Source of the DNA: an uncultured Clostridia bacterium
Lineage (GTDB): Bacteria; Bacillota; Clostridia; TANB77; CAG-508
NCBI GenBank assembly: GCA_947628085.1
Contig: CANQYM010000009.1
Span: forward strand, 3,698-67,697
Direction of reading: 5' to 3'
Length of the DNA stretch: 64,000 nt
Shown here: positions 38,167-48,166 of the stretch, piece after piece
Numbering within the stretch: the stretch's first letter is position 1
Layout: each line of letters opens with the position of its first letter
Position numbers and translations under genes: made by a program
The notes under the pieces: model-generated
The model's input: only the letters and a program-made list of their open reading frames with translations
The model's database searches: none
What the model was told of the DNA's origin: nothing

Positions 38167-39930
38167 ATGAAGGAGAATGTTTATAGAACATATAATTGTT
38201 CTGAATTACGAGAGAAAAATGTAGGAGAAGAAATAAGGCTAGCAGGTTGGGTAGACACAATAAGAGATTTAGGAGGAGTTTTATTTATTGATTTAAGAGA
38301 TCAGTATGGAATTACACAAATTGTAGTTTCAGGTGATGAAGAAAAGGTTAATTTTGCATCAAGAATACCAGTAGAATCTACAATATCAGTTTCTGGCAAA
38401 GTTAGATTAAGAGATGAAGAAACAATAAATAAAGCAATTGAAACAGGAACGGTAGAATTATTTGCAGACAAAATTGAAATTTTAGGAAAAAGAACAAAAG
38501 GCTTGCCTTTTGATATTTCAAATAATAGAAGCGTTAGAGAAGATTTAAGGCTAGAATATAGATTTTTAGATTTAAGATCTAGAAAGAGTTTAGAAAATTT
38601 AAAATTAAGAGCAGAACTTATTCAATTTTTAAGAACTCAAATGATAGAGCAAGGCTTTCTAGAAGTGCAAACACCAATACTTACTAGCTCATCACCAGAG
38701 GGAGCTAGAGATTATTTAGTTCCAAGTAGAATATATCCAGGAAAATTTTATGCACTTCCACAAGCACCTCAACAATTTAAACAACTACTTATGGTATCTG
38801 GAATAGATAAATATTTTCAAATAGCACCTTGCTTTAGAGATGAAGATGCTAGAGCAGACCGCTCTCCAGGAGAATTTTATCAGCTAGATATGGAGATGGC
38901 ATTTGCAACACAAGAAGATGTTTTTGATGTTATGGAAAAAGTAATTTATAATACATTTTCAAAGTTTTCTAACAAGAAAATAGTTAAATATCCATTTCCA
39001 AGAATTCCTTATAAAGAAGCAATGCTTAAATATGGAACAGATAAGCCAGATTTAAGAAATCCACTAGAAATTAAAGATGTAACAAACATTTTTGAAAAAT
39101 TAGATATAAAAGTATTTAATGGAAAAATTGTAAGAACAATTACACTTCCAAATGGAGCAAATGCTACAAGAACTTTTTATGATGAAATGGAAAACTTTGC
39201 AATTACAGAATGTAAAGCAAAAGGTTTAGCATGGCTTAAGGTAAATGAAGATAGAACTCTTCAAGGACCTATTGCAAAGCTTATTCCAGACAGTGCAAGA
39301 GAAGAATTATTAACTCAAACAGATACAAAAGAAGGAGATAGTATTTTCTTTATTGCAGAACATAAAGGAATTGTTGAAAAGTTAGCAGGAGAAATTAGAA
39401 AAGAAATAGGAATAAGACAAAATTTAATAGATAACTCAGTATATAGCTTTTGTTGGATTGTTGATTTTCCAATGTTTGAAATAGGAGATAGCGGAAAATT
39501 AGAATTTTCACATAACCCATTTTCAATGCCACAAGGAGGTATGAAAGCACTAGAAACTAAAGACCCATTAGAAATTTATGCATATCAATATGATATAGTA
39601 TGTAATGGAATAGAGCTTTCTTCAGGTGCTGTTAGAAACCATGATCCAGAAATAATGGTTAAAGCATTTGAAATGGCAGGATATACTGAAGAAGAAATAT
39701 TAAGAAAATTTTCTGCTTTATATAAAGCTTTTCATTATGGTGCTCCACCACATGCTGGTATTGCACCAGGAATAGACAGAATTCTTATGTTACTTGCAGA
39801 AGAAGAAAGCATAAGAGAAGTAATTGCATTCCCAATGAATTCAAAAGCACAAGATGTGTTAATGGGAGCACCTGGAATTGTAAATGATAGGCAGTTAAAA
39901 GATGTGCATATAAAACTAGATTTAAAATAA
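38167..39930 (+). CDS. aspS: Aspartate--tRNA ligase (bacterial type, possibly non-discriminating)
   Basis: Class IIb motifs (FRDEDARADR, GIELSSGAVR, GAPPHAGIAPGIDR) and a GAD insertion domain. 587 aa. Confidence 0.95.
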   Translation: MKENVYRTYNCSELREKNVGEEIRLAGWVDTIRDLGGVLFIDLRDQYGITQIVVSGDEEKVNFASRIPVESTISVSGKVRLRDEETINKAIETGTVELFADKIEILGKRTKGLPFDISNNRSVREDLRLEYRFLDLRSRKSLENLKLRAELIQFLRTQMIEQGFLEVQTPILTSSSPEGARDYLVPSRIYPGKFYALPQAPQQFKQLLMVSGIDKYFQIAPCFRDEDARADRSPGEFYQLDMEMAFATQEDVFDVMEKVIYNTFSKFSNKKIVKYPFPRIPYKEAMLKYGTDKPDLRNPLEIKDVTNIFEKLDIKVFNGKIVRTITLPNGANATRTFYDEMENFAITECKAKGLAWLKVNEDRTLQGPIAKLIPDSAREELLTQTDTKEGDSIFFIAEHKGIVEKLAGEIRKEIGIRQNLIDNSVYSFCWIVDFPMFEIGDSGKLEFSHNPFSMPQGGMKALETKDPLEIYAYQYDIVCNGIELSSGAVRNHDPEIMVKAFEMAGYTEEEILRKFSALYKAFHYGAPPHAGIAPGIDRILMLLAEEESIREVIAFPMNSKAQDVLMGAPGIVNDRQLKDVHIKLDLK

Positions 39931-39987
39931 GTCACTTCTCACAATTTTAATAATTTAAGTAAATCTAATAATTTTAATATTTCAGTA

Positions 39988-40153
39988 AAAATCTATTGTA
40001 GTGCTTATATATAATTTTATAAGTGACGCGTAAGCGACCAACCGAAGCGAAGCGGAGGGCGATTGGAGCAATCTTCATATTTTTATTTTTAAAAAAGAAG
40101 ATTGCGACACCAAGTCACAAATAAAATTATATATAAGCACTATAATAGATTTA
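39988..40153. repeat. 166-bp nested palindromic element: 40-bp imperfect inverted arms around a GC-rich core that contains a second 9-bp hairpin
   Basis: Arms 39988-40027 and 40114-40153 match at 37/40 positions by hand alignment. Core is GCGTAAGCGACCAACCGAAGCGAAGCGGAGGGCGATTGGA. Inner inverted repeat is GCAATCTTC / GAAGATTGC (40068-40076 / 40097-40105). Confidence 0.8.
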
Positions 40154-40219
40154 TTTTGAAAAAATAGATTTATTTTATAAAAATAAATTTATTTTGTAAA
40201 AATAGATTTGTTTTGGAAA
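40144..40219. repeat. Four tandem 19-bp direct repeats (consensus AATAGATTTATTTTGWAAA) ending 8 nt upstream of the lysS -35
   Basis: Units at 40144, 40163, 40182 and 40201 with exact 19-bp period. Inverted copies of the AATAGATTT core lie at 39989-39997 and (ATTAGATTT) at 39961-39969. Confidence 0.8.
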
Positions 40220-40227
40220 AAAACTAG

Positions 40228-40256
40228 TTTACAATAAACGGAAAATATTATATAAT
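40228..40256 (+). promoter_or_regulatory. Sigma-A promoter of lysS
   Basis: TTTACA, 17 nt spacer, TATAAT. Confidence 0.6.
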
Positions 40257-40298
40257 ACTGAAATCAATAAACAAATAAATAAAAGGGGCGTTTTTTAA

Positions 40299-42452
40299 AT
40301 GAGTGAAAATGAAAATAATGAAGTAATTCAAACTGAAGAAGATGTTAATAAGTTAATGCAAGTAAGGATTGATAAGTTAAAGGAACTTCAAGAAGCTGGC
40401 AAAGATCCTTATGAAGTTACAGAATATGATAGAACAAATACTGCTGGAGAAATTAAATCAAACTATGATAGCTTTGAAAATAAAGATGTTTCAATAGCAG
40501 GAAGAATTATTGCAAAAAGAATTATGGGAAAAGCTTCATTTTGCACAATTCAAGATAGTGATGAAAAAATTCAAAGTTATGTTAGCATAAATGATTTAGG
40601 GGAAGAAGCATATAAAGCTTTTAAAACATGGGATATTGGAGATATTATTGGAATAAAAGGTTTTGTTTTTAAAACAAAAACTGAAGAAATTTCTGTTCAT
40701 GCAAAAGAAGTAAAACTACTTTCAAAATCCTTAAGACCACTTCCAGAAAAATTTCATGGCTTAAAAGATGTTGATTTAAGATATAGACAAAGATATCTAG
40801 ATTTAATAATGAATCCAGAAGTTAAAGATAGCTTTAAAGTTAGAACAGCAATTATTAAAGAAATTAGAGCAATATTAGATGAGAAGGGGTATTTAGAAGT
40901 TGAAACTCCAATTTTAAATACAATTTCAGGAGGAGCAACAGCAAGACCATTTATAACTCATCATAATACTTTAGATTTAGATATGTATTTAAGAATTGCA
41001 ACAGAGCTTAACTTAAAAAGACTTATTGTAGGTGGTTTTGATAAAGTTTATGAAATAGGTAGAATATTTAGAAATGAAGGAATGGACATTCGTCATAATC
41101 CTGAATTTACTTCAATTGAATTTTATAGTGCTTATGAAAACTATCATGATATGATGAACTTAACTGAAGAAATGTTTTCAAGAATTGCTATGAAAGTTAA
41201 AGGTTCATATAAATTTTCATATCAAGGACAAGAATTAGATTTAACTCCAGGTGGATGGAAAAAAATTACAATGATAGATAGTGTTAAAGAAGCATGTGGT
41301 GTTGACTTTAATGAAATTCAAACAGATGCAGAAGCTATTGAAATTGCAAAGAAACACAATATTGAAATTCCATTCGGTAAAGAAACAAGAGGAAATATTA
41401 TAGCATTATTCTTTGATGAATATGTTGAAAAAACTTTAATTCAACCAACATTTATATATGATTATCCAATTGAAGTTTCTCCTCTTGCTAAGAAAACAAA
41501 ACAAGATCCAAGATTAACTCAAAGATTTGAATTCTTCATATGTGGACGTGAATATGGAAATGCTTTCTCAGAATTAAATGACCCAATAGACCAATATGAA
41601 AGATTCAAAAAAGAAGTTGAAGCAAAAGCAAATGGTGATGATGAAGCAGGAATGATGGATGATGACTTTATTAATGCACTTCAATACGGAATGCCTCCAA
41701 CTGGTGGAGAAGGAATTGGTATTGATAGAATGGTAATGCTATTTACAGATGCACCTTCAATAAGAGATGTTTTATTCTTCCCAACAATGAAACCAATTTC
41801 AGGAACAACTAGTGAAAATAAATCTAAAAAAACCGAAAGTCAAGAAAAAGAAGAAACTAAAAATAGCAAAGTTGAGCTAAACATAAATAGAGATGATGCA
41901 ATTAATTTACTAAAAAAATATAATAAAGAGGAATTTCATATAAGACATGCTCTTACAGTTGAACAAATAATGAGATATTTTGCTAGAAAGTATAATGAAG
42001 ATGAAGAATTCTGGGGATTAACAGGATTATTACATGACATAGATTATGAAATGTACCCAAATGAACATTGCCAAAAATCACCAGAAATATTAAAAGAAAT
42101 TAATGCAAATGATGAAATAGTACATGCTGTTTGTAGTCATGGATATGGAATTTGCTCAGATGTTGTACCAGAAAGTAAAATGGAAAAAATATTATTTGCA
42201 GTTGATGAATTATCTGGATTAATTTGGGCTGCAGCTAAAATGAGACCATCACAAAGCACTAAAGATATGGAATTAAAAAGCTTAAAAAAGAAATATAAGG
42301 ATTTAAAATTTGCAGCAGGTTGCTCAAGAGACATTATTTCTCGTGGAGCTGAGCAATTAGGCTGGGAATTAGATGAATTGTTGCAAAGTACACTTGATGC
42401 AATGAAAGAAGTAGAAGATGAAATACAAAAAAACTTTGAACAATATGCATAA
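40299..42452 (+). CDS. lysS: Lysine--tRNA ligase (class II) fused to a C-terminal HD-domain phosphohydrolase
   Basis: LysRS core covers aa 1-~505 ([35 protein letters not shown]). A Ser/Lys/Glu linker follows, then a ~190-aa HD domain (HIRHAL...LLHDIDYE...SHGYG...AVDEL). 717 aa in total. Confidence 0.9.
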   Translation: MSENENNEVIQTEEDVNKLMQVRIDKLKELQEAGKDPYEVTEYDRTNTAGEIKSNYDSFENKDVSIAGRIIAKRIMGKASFCTIQDSDEKIQSYVSINDLGEEAYKAFKTWDIGDIIGIKGFVFKTKTEEISVHAKEVKLLSKSLRPLPEKFHGLKDVDLRYRQRYLDLIMNPEVKDSFKVRTAIIKEIRAILDEKGYLEVETPILNTISGGATARPFITHHNTLDLDMYLRIATELNLKRLIVGGFDKVYEIGRIFRNEGMDIRHNPEFTSIEFYSAYENYHDMMNLTEEMFSRIAMKVKGSYKFSYQGQELDLTPGGWKKITMIDSVKEACGVDFNEIQTDAEAIEIAKKHNIEIPFGKETRGNIIALFFDEYVEKTLIQPTFIYDYPIEVSPLAKKTKQDPRLTQRFEFFICGREYGNAFSELNDPIDQYERFKKEVEAKANGDDEAGMMDDDFINALQYGMPPTGGEGIGIDRMVMLFTDAPSIRDVLFFPTMKPISGTTSENKSKKTESQEKEETKNSKVELNINRDDAINLLKKYNKEEFHIRHALTVEQIMRYFARKYNEDEEFWGLTGLLHDIDYEMYPNEHCQKSPEILKEINANDEIVHAVCSHGYGICSDVVPESKMEKILFAVDELSGLIWAAAKMRPSQSTKDMELKSLKKKYKDLKFAAGCSRDIISRGAEQLGWELDELLQSTLDAMKEVEDEIQKNFEQYA

Positions 42453-42517
42453 AGCATTATATAAAATATGCATAATATATTATTTCATAAAAAAGTAAAA
42501 TTATTTTAAAAAACAAG

Positions 42518-42606
42518 AAGACTTAAACTTAAGGTGAAATGAACAAGAAATGTTAAACAAAACTTTAACAAAAAAAGTTCATCACAAAAGTTTAAGTCTT
42601 TTTTTA
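42518..42606 (+). terminator. Long nested hairpin plus T-run downstream of lysS
   Basis: Outer 13-bp arms AAGACTTAAACTT / AAGTTTAAGTCTT. Inner pairs GTGAAATGAAC / GTTCATCAC and GTTAAA / TTTAAC. Followed by T-run. Confidence 0.55.
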
Positions 42607-42723
42607 AAATAAATAAAGATTAAATATAAAAATATCACTTGACATAATTAGTTAACTTGTAGTAAAATGTTTATGTTAACTTTGTAAAATGAGTAATATT
42701 AAGAAAAAATAAGGAGACTCAAA

Positions 42724-43512
42724 ATGAAAAGGTATTTGTTTTTGATTCTTCTGGTCTTTTTTATTACCATTATAGTTTTAGGAAATTATGTTATGTCTGC
42801 AAGAATCACTTTAAAAGGCCAGAATTTAAATTCAAAAACAAAAGAAAGTTTCGAGATATACACAAGTAATACCATTTTAAATACAGAAGAAAAGTTAACA
42901 GAAAGTAGTAGTACATTAATTATAGAAAATTCAACTCAAAATACAACAAATACAGAAATAATAAATGAAGACATCAGCAGTAATATAAATATAAATAATG
43001 AACAAAGCCAAATTATAAAATCAAATTATGGCTTTTTAATATTGCCAGAACAAGTATCTTTAAATTTAATGCAAACGGCAGAAAGTGAAATTATTAAACT
43101 ACCAACAAATGTAGTAAATGCTTTTAGCAGTGATGGTTGGACAATTAATTTAACAAATGATAATATAGCCACAAAATACTTTGGAGGAACGTATTCAAAT
43201 GTATTAGGCGCAACTAAAATAGATTCTAAACAAATTATTATACAAAATAGAAAAAGCTGTATTAGAAAATCTGTAGCTCACGAGATGGGACACTATTTAG
43301 ATTGGCATTTTAGTTTTCCAAGTTTAAGAGATGAATTTAGAAAAATTTATAATCAAGAAATAGATACTTTTAAATCAAAAATTTCAAATTCATCAGCAGT
43401 TAGAGATGAAAAAGAATTTTTTGCACATACTTTTTACTATTTAATTAAAGATCCAAGTAAATGTACACCTATGGCAGCTCAATATGTACAAAATTATGTT
43501 AATAACATATAA
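42724..43512 (+). CDS. Secreted/membrane-anchored putative zinc metalloprotease (HExxH; possibly anthrax-lethal-factor-like fold)
   Basis: N-terminal signal/anchor, an Asn/Thr/Ser-rich linker, and the VAHEMGHYLD motif. Confidence 0.5.
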   Translation: MKRYLFLILLVFFITIIVLGNYVMSARITLKGQNLNSKTKESFEIYTSNTILNTEEKLTESSSTLIIENSTQNTTNTEIINEDISSNININNEQSQIIKSNYGFLILPEQVSLNLMQTAESEIIKLPTNVVNAFSSDGWTINLTNDNIATKYFGGTYSNVLGATKIDSKQIIIQNRKSCIRKSVAHEMGHYLDWHFSFPSLRDEFRKIYNQEIDTFKSKISNSSAVRDEKEFFAHTFYYLIKDPSKCTPMAAQYVQNYVNNI

Positions 43513-43745
43513 AAAAGAAAATACTTTTTATTTTTAAAAAGCATTTTTTTCTTCAAAAAGTATAATTCAAAAAAATAAATATTAAAATTAAAAATCTTAG
43601 AAATTATTAGATTATAAACATAAAAATTTCATAAAGTATAAGTATAAGAAATTCCTAAATTGCTAGACTTTTTTTACTTTATATGATATATTATTTAAAG
43701 CTAATTTGGAAAAAATAAATTACAAAAGAATTAAGGAGGAACTTA

Positions 43746-44486
43746 ATGTTTGGATATGGTATAAATAAAAAAGCTATATATGCTGTACTTATAATTATTG
43801 TGCTTATTGAATTATTTAGTATGTCAAGAAGTGAATGGCTAAATATATTAATAACTCTTCCAGCAGTTATAGTAGCAATAACATTTCATGAGTTTGCTCA
43901 CGCAAATGCTGCAGATAAATTAGGAGATACAACACCTAGAAGTCAAGGAAGATTAACATTAAATCCGTTATCACACTTAGATCCGTTTGGATTTATACTT
44001 TTAATGTTTGCACACATTGGATTTGGAAAGCCTGTTCAAATTAATCCAAATAATTTTACAAGTAATAAATCAAAAGGATTTTGTAGTGCTATGGTTGCAC
44101 TTGCAGGTCCACTTATGAACTTTTTTATAGCAATTGTTTCATGTGTTGCAATTGTACTTTTAGATAAATTAGCACCAATAACTTTTATGAATACATTTAC
44201 AGGAGAAATACTAATATTATTTTTATATATGCTTGTAACAATTAACATTGGTTTAGGAGTTTTTAATTTAATTCCATTACCACCACTAGATGGAGAAAAA
44301 ATATTTAGACATGTTTTACCTTATAATGTTCAAGAGTGGCTAGATAACAACTATCAAACACTATACACAATTTTCTTAATTTTATGGATTTTTGGATTCT
44401 TAGGCATTATAGTTTCACCAGTTATAAGTGCAGTTAGTAATGGTCTATTCTTTGTAGTAACAAAATTAGTTGGAATATTTATTTAG
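43746..44486 (+). CDS. Site-2 protease family (peptidase M50-like) membrane metalloprotease
   Basis: HEFAHANAA (HExxH in a TM segment), multiple TM segments, and NLIPLPPLDG. Confidence 0.8.
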   Translation: MFGYGINKKAIYAVLIIIVLIELFSMSRSEWLNILITLPAVIVAITFHEFAHANAADKLGDTTPRSQGRLTLNPLSHLDPFGFILLMFAHIGFGKPVQINPNNFTSNKSKGFCSAMVALAGPLMNFFIAIVSCVAIVLLDKLAPITFMNTFTGEILILFLYMLVTINIGLGVFNLIPLPPLDGEKIFRHVLPYNVQEWLDNNYQTLYTIFLILWIFGFLGIIVSPVISAVSNGLFFVVTKLVGIFI

Positions 44487-44526
44487 AAATAGAGGCTGTA
44501 AAATAAGTTTTACAGCCTTTACATAA

Positions 44527-45540
44527 ATGTTAGGAGATTTAAAATTGAAAGATATACTTATAATGGGAATTGAATCTAGCTGTGATGAAACATCTATTGC
44601 TATTGTAAAAAATGGTAGAGAAGTTCTATCAAATGTTATTAATTCTCAAATAAAAATACATGAAGAATATGGTGGAGTCGTTCCAGAAATTGCTTCAAGA
44701 TGCCACACAGAAGTAATTAATTTAATAATGAAACAAGCATTAAAAGAAGCAAATGTTTCTTTAAATGATATTGATGCTATTGCAGTTACACAAGGACCAG
44801 GATTAGTGGGAGCTTTATTAGTAGGAGTTTCTTATGCAAAAGGTTTAAGCTATGTAACAAATAAGCCATTAGTTGCAGTAAATCATATTGAAGGACATAT
44901 TGCTGGAAATTATTTAACACATAAAAACTTAGAGCCACCTTTTATATGCTTAATTATATCTGGTGGGCACACTCACTTAGTTAATGTAAAATCATATAAC
45001 AATTTTGAAATATTAGGCAAAACTAAAGATGATGCAATAGGAGAAGCTTTCGATAAAGTAGCAAGAGTTGTAGGACTTGGATATCCAGGTGGACCTAAGG
45101 TAGATAATTTAGCAAAAGAGGGAGAAGCAAATATAAATTTACCAATAACACATTTTGATAATTTAGATTTTAGTTTTAGTGGAATAAAAACAGCAGTAAT
45201 TAATTTAAATCATAAAAATCCTAATATAAATAAAGCAGATTTATGTGCAAGTTTTCAAACAGCTGTTACAGAAATGCTTACAAACAATGTAAGAAAAGCA
45301 GTGAAAATATATAATTCAAATAAAATTGTAATAGCAGGTGGAGTTTCTAGAAATTCTTTTATAAGAAAATCTTTTGATGATTTAGCAGAAGAATTAAAAA
45401 TAAAAGTATATTATCCAGAACCTATTCTTTGCACAGATAATGCTGCAATGATTGCAGGTGCAGGATATTATAATTTTATAAATGGGGAAAGAGCAGACTT
45501 AAAATTAAATGCTATTCCAAATTTAAAAATAGGAGAGTAA
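44527..45540 (+). CDS. tsaD: tRNA N6-adenosine threonylcarbamoyltransferase TsaD
   Basis: GIESSCDETS, H.EGH and GG(V)S.N motifs. The TTG at 44545 (8 nt after AGGAG) is a plausible alternative start. Confidence 0.93.
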   Translation: MLGDLKLKDILIMGIESSCDETSIAIVKNGREVLSNVINSQIKIHEEYGGVVPEIASRCHTEVINLIMKQALKEANVSLNDIDAIAVTQGPGLVGALLVGVSYAKGLSYVTNKPLVAVNHIEGHIAGNYLTHKNLEPPFICLIISGGHTHLVNVKSYNNFEILGKTKDDAIGEAFDKVARVVGLGYPGGPKVDNLAKEGEANINLPITHFDNLDFSFSGIKTAVINLNHKNPNINKADLCASFQTAVTEMLTNNVRKAVKIYNSNKIVIAGGVSRNSFIRKSFDDLAEELKIKVYYPEPILCTDNAAMIAGAGYYNFINGERADLKLNAIPNLKIGE

Positions 45541-45570
45541 ATAATAATTAAGAAATAAAGGAGTAAATAG

Positions 45571-46275
45571 ATGTCTATATATGTAATAGGCGACCTACAT
45601 TTATCTTATTCAGTAGATAAACCAATGGATGTTTTTGGAATGAATTGGGAAAATCATGCTGAAAAAATAAGAAAAAATTGGATAAAAAAAGTAAAAGAAG
45701 AAGACACAGTTATACTTCCAGGAGATTTTTCTTGGGCAACATATTTAGAAGATACATATAAAGATTTTGTTTTTTTAAATTCTTTACCAGGAAAAAAAAT
45801 AATGTCTAAAGGAAATCACGATTATTGGTGGACAACTGTTACTAGTATGAAAAAATATTTGAAGGAAAATAATTTTTCTAATATAGATTTTTTATATAAT
45901 AATGCTTTTTTAATAGAAAACAAAATTATAACAGGAACTAGAGGATGGGTAAACACTTGGAAGTCTGATGAAAATTATAAAATATTAAAAAGAGAAAATG
46001 AAAGACTTAAGTTATCAATTGAAAAAGGAATAAATGAATTTGGAACTGATAAAGAAATTATAAGTTTTATTCATTATCCTCCATTTTTTAAAGAAAGCAT
46101 AGTCCCAGAAGAAATAGATTTTATTAAAACTTTGAAAAAGTATAATGTAAAAAAATGCTATTATGCTCACTTACACTCAGATTCACATAAAGAAGCAATA
46201 GAGGGAAATATAGACGGAATAGAATTTAAGTTAATAAGTTCAGATTATTTAAATTTTGATTTATTAAAAATTTAA
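45571..46275 (+). CDS. Metallophosphoesterase (calcineurin-like)
   Basis: GDLHL, PGDFS, GNHDYW and H.P motifs. Confidence 0.8.
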   Translation: MSIYVIGDLHLSYSVDKPMDVFGMNWENHAEKIRKNWIKKVKEEDTVILPGDFSWATYLEDTYKDFVFLNSLPGKKIMSKGNHDYWWTTVTSMKKYLKENNFSNIDFLYNNAFLIENKIITGTRGWVNTWKSDENYKILKRENERLKLSIEKGINEFGTDKEIISFIHYPPFFKESIVPEEIDFIKTLKKYNVKKCYYAHLHSDSHKEAIEGNIDGIEFKLISSDYLNFDLLKI

Positions 46276-46303
46276 ATTATCATTTTAAGTAAGGGGAGAG
46301 AAA

Positions 46304-48118
46304 ATGCAAGATAAACAAAAAAATATTAGAAATTTTAGTATAATTGCACATATAGACCATGGGAAATCAACTCTAGCAGATAGAATTATAGAGATGACAG
46401 GAGTTCTTTCTGAAAGAGAAATGGAATCACAAGTTTTAGATAATATGGATATAGAGCGTGAAAGAGGAATTACAATTAAATCTCAAGCTGTGAAAATGAA
46501 TTATACTGCTAAAAATGGACAAACTTATGAATTTAATTTAATAGATACCCCAGGGCATGTTGATTTTAACTATGAAGTATCAAGAAGTTTAGCAGCTTGC
46601 GAAGGAGCTATTTTAGTTGTAGATAGTACCCAAGGTGTTGAAGCACAAACTCTTGCTAATGTATATTTAGCTTTAGATGATAATTTGGAAATAGTTCCAG
46701 TAATAAATAAAGTCGACCTTCCAAATGCAAGACCAGATGAAGTGAAAAAAGAAATAGAAGATATTATAGGAATTCCAGCAATGGATGCACCATGCATCTC
46801 TGCAAAAACAGGATTAAATGTTGAAGAAGTTTTAGAAAGAATTGTAACAGACATTCCGGCACCTTCTGGAAATGTAGAAGGTGAGCTTCAAGCCCTTATA
46901 TTTGATTCATATTATGATAATTATAAAGGTGCATTAAGCTATGTAAGAATAAAAAACGGTGTTGTAAAGCCAAATGATGAAATTCTTTTTATGGCAACAG
47001 GAAAATCTTTTACTGTAACAGAAGTTGGATATTTTGGAGCTGGAAGCTATATACCAACAGATAAACTAGAAGCAGGAGAAGTTGGATATATTGCAGCTAG
47101 CGTAAAAACAGTTTCTGACCTACATGTAGGAGATACAATTACTCATAAAAGTAAACCGGCAAAAGAACCACTTCCAGGTTATAAAAAAGCAAATTCAATG
47201 GTTTATTGTGGAATGTATCCATTAGATGGTAGTGAATATGAAGCATTGAAAGATGCTTTGGAAAAATTAAAATTAAATGATGCAGCATTAAATTATGAAC
47301 CAGAAACTTCTGCAGCATTAGGATTTGGTTTTAGATGCGGATTCTTAGGACTATTACACTTGGAAATTATAATTGAAAGATTAGAAAGAGAATTTGATTT
47401 AGGATTAATTACAACAGCACCATCTGTTATTTATCAAGTTCATAAAACTTCAGGAGAAATAATAGAACTTTATAATCCTACAGAACTTCCACCTCAAACT
47501 GAAATAAGCTTTATAGAAGAACCAATTATGAAAGCAGAAATAATGATTCCAAAAGAATTCGTAGGAAATGTTATGAAAGTGTGCCAAGATAGAAGAGGTG
47601 TTTATTTAGATATGAAATATCTAGACACAAACAGAGTAACTTTAGAATATGAATTACCTTTAAATGAAATTATTTATGACTTTTTTGATACTATAAAATC
47701 TAAAACAAAAGGATATGCTTCTGTAGATTATGAGTTTAAAGAATATAGAAGAGCAGATCTTGTAAAATTAGACTTACACATAAATAATGAAGCGGTAGAT
47801 GCTTTATCTTTTATAGTTCACAAAGATTCAGCTTATGATAGAGGAAGAAAAATGGCTGAAAAACTTAAAAAAGTTATACCAAGGCAACTTTTTGAAATTC
47901 CAATCCAAGCTGTTGTTGGTGGGAAAATAATAGCAAGAGAAACTCTATCTGCAATGAGAAAAGATGTTTTAGCTAAATGTTATGGTGGAGACATTACTAG
48001 AAAGAAAAAACTACTAGAAAAGCAGAAAAAAGGTAAGAAGAAAATGAGACAAATTGGTAATGTTGAAGTGCCACAAGAGGCATTTTTAGCAGTTCTTAAA
48101 TTAGATGATGAGGAATAA
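46304..48118 (+). CDS. lepA: Translation elongation factor 4 (LepA)
   Basis: [32 protein letters not shown], and the LepA-specific C-terminal domain. Confidence 0.97.
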   Translation: MQDKQKNIRNFSIIAHIDHGKSTLADRIIEMTGVLSEREMESQVLDNMDIERERGITIKSQAVKMNYTAKNGQTYEFNLIDTPGHVDFNYEVSRSLAACEGAILVVDSTQGVEAQTLANVYLALDDNLEIVPVINKVDLPNARPDEVKKEIEDIIGIPAMDAPCISAKTGLNVEEVLERIVTDIPAPSGNVEGELQALIFDSYYDNYKGALSYVRIKNGVVKPNDEILFMATGKSFTVTEVGYFGAGSYIPTDKLEAGEVGYIAASVKTVSDLHVGDTITHKSKPAKEPLPGYKKANSMVYCGMYPLDGSEYEALKDALEKLKLNDAALNYEPETSAALGFGFRCGFLGLLHLEIIIERLEREFDLGLITTAPSVIYQVHKTSGEIIELYNPTELPPQTEISFIEEPIMKAEIMIPKEFVGNVMKVCQDRRGVYLDMKYLDTNRVTLEYELPLNEIIYDFFDTIKSKTKGYASVDYEFKEYRRADLVKLDLHINNEAVDALSFIVHKDSAYDRGRKMAEKLKKVIPRQLFEIPIQAVVGGKIIARETLSAMRKDVLAKCYGGDITRKKKLLEKQKKGKKKMRQIGNVEVPQEAFLAVLKLDDEE

Positions 48119-48166
48119 GTTTATAGGTATCTTAAAACCTAAATTTAAAATATAAGGGATGAGAAA

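Noticed and set aside
40023-40124. 33-codon ORF (VTRKRPTEAKRRAIGAIFIFLFLKKKIATPSHK) inside the palindrome, considered as a type I toxin
   Set aside because: It has a GTG start with no SD. The hydrophobic core is only ~11 residues, too short for a TM helix. The reading frame is largely a by-product of the hairpin sequence. It is kept only as a remote alternative.
40144-40219. The tandem 19-bp repeats considered as a CRISPR array
   Set aside because: The repeats are directly adjacent with no spacers, they are AT-rich and degenerate, and no cas genes are present.
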